A DNA stretch of 64,000 nucleotides from the human T2T-CHM13v2.0 reference genome, Homo sapiens, in the NCBI RefSeq assembly GCF_009914755.1, contig NC_060942.1; one strand, given 5' to 3'. Position numbers and translations under genes: made by a program. Below the pieces are notes generated by a model. The model did not search any database. It worked only from the letters and a program-made list of their open reading frames with translations, and was not told the origin of the DNA. Numbering within the stretch: the stretch's first letter is position 1; every line of letters begins with the position of its first letter. Of the stretch, positions 49,700 to 64,000 are shown in pieces.

Positions 49700-49757
49700 T
49701 GCGCGTTTTCCGATTTCTTGCTGGTTGAATACCTCCCTCTCCACTCCCATCTTCAGG
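49700..49757 (+). other. PSMG2: Candidate non-coding first exon of a divergent transcript (probably PSMG2 alternative 5' exon); start approximate
   Basis: Strong donor AGG|GTAAGC (GT at 49758-49759) at the distal edge of the CpG island. Gene identity is from recalled locus organisation only. Confidence 0.45.
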
Positions 49758-50369
49758 GTAAGCACCGTAAAGACGGGGATCTTTACGGGTTTTCCTCACT
49801 GACTTCTCCCAAAAGCTAAACCAGCGCCTGGAATATAAACATGTACATAATTTGCAGGTGTTAGTTTTAGCGTCCTTCCGGATTCATTTGTAACATTGGT
49901 CCCTTCCCTCACTAAGGTAATGTCTCAAGTACCACACTCATCAGAGCATGTGGAATGAATATCACAGTGGTAAAATTGAACTGAGGGCAATTAGCCGTAG
50001 AAAGAAAGAATTCCGCCCCCCCAACCTATTAAATATGCAATAAAACAGATAATTCTTAATCACCCATTGGTAGATTAATTTAATCGATAAAATTCCACTG
50101 AGGCTAGTCCTGTGTGAAAGCCCTACAGAGTGTTGAAAGCATCAACCAAATAGGCAATGTATATTAAGTTCCAGTAAACCTTTTACGGCAGTTTTATGTA
50201 AAATGTTAGAAATCACGCTCTCAACAATTGCATCTTGCGGTAGAAACTACAACAGTCTATTTAAATAACAACAGTCTATTAAAATGAGATACCATCTTAC
50301 ATACAGCTGGGAATGGGGAGGAGGGAGAAAAGCAACAGGACGAAAAGGAAAATTAAGAAATTGAAAGAG

Positions 50370-57732
<7,363 letters not shown>

Positions 57733-57959
57733 AAAAAAAAAAAAACTTTTGAATTGATTTATTCTACCACATTTAGAACAACCTCTACTTTATCACAAAC
57801 AAGCTATTTGATTCTTCCAATCAGGTTTATCAAAACTGAAGATTCCAATTTAACATCTTTAATCCAAACATCAGTTTTATTAATATATTGACAAAAAAAG
57901 TAAATCTTATTCATAATGAGTTTAAAATTAAAAATTCCATATATTACTGAAATTAAGCT

Positions 57960-63418
<5,459 letters not shown>

Positions 63419-63599
63419 TTACAAAATTTTTAAAACGTGCTCAATTTTAAAACAAAAATCAGTATGGAATCACTCACATATGCTTGTTTTCAGTGGTCTC
63501 ACACAATCAATCTCTCATTTAGATTAGTCACATATATGCTGATTTTTTTATCACAATGAAAGAAAAAAGGGTTTCAGAAGATAGAATCCATGAAGAGGC

Positions 63600-64000
63600 T
63601 AATAATGAATCCTCTGACCACAGAAAATCAGTGATCGACTGCAAGATCACAATTTATCGGTATCATAACAAAGAGGTATAATAAAGTTTTTCTAAAATAC
63701 CCAATTCATTTTTACAACAAATCACAGTGATAAATATTTCTAAATGATTCATGTACTTTCATATGAGGTTATTAATATTTATGCTTTTCTGGTATTAGTT
63801 TTTTCCTACTCTTGCTTCAAGGTCCAACCATAAATTTCTGGACAGTCTCAAATATCCCAAGGACCACGAATAAACCACAAAAGTGGTAATTCATTAACAT
63901 TTATTTTCACCAATGCAATAAATAAATCTGTCATGAGGTTAATTTCTCCTAATCTGTATAAAATAATTCCATTAACCTGTGAAAAGTAATGATCATACTG
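63600..64000 (-). other. CEP76: Probable distal 3' UTR of CEP76
   Basis: AT-rich unique sequence with minus-strand AATAAA at 63905-63900. Identity rests on recalled gene order; no coding sequence is in the window. Confidence 0.35.

Noticed and set aside
50249-50285. Short duplication acaacagtctatt x2
   Set aside because: Ordinary slippage-scale duplication with no supporting context.

Overview
Human/primate genomic DNA, very Alu-dense, with a CpG island at about 48.0-49.75 kb. It holds the 5' end of SPIRE1 (actin nucleator, KIND domain) on the minus strand: coding exon 1 at 48835-48499 and a 35-nt exon 2 at 26082-26048, separated by a 22.4-kb intron. Intron 2 runs off the left edge. From recalled locus organisation (chr18p11.21, not verifiable here), PSMG2 (+) has an alternative first exon at this island and CEP76 (-) ends near the right edge; matching splice and polyA signals are visible. 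The rest is Alu, L1, L2, MIR, MaLR LTR and hAT DNA-transposon relics, and nearly all ORFs in the track are Alu or GC-rich artefacts. I found no convincing new multi-gene system. The best leads are structural: an L1 3' transduction with 17-bp TSDs, a ~140-bp inverted duplication coupled to a 21-bp direct repeat, a fold-back Alu chimera, a 27-bp poly(A) micro-insertion with TSDs, and several splicing features around SPIRE1. Repeat boundaries are approximate and subfamily calls are by eye.
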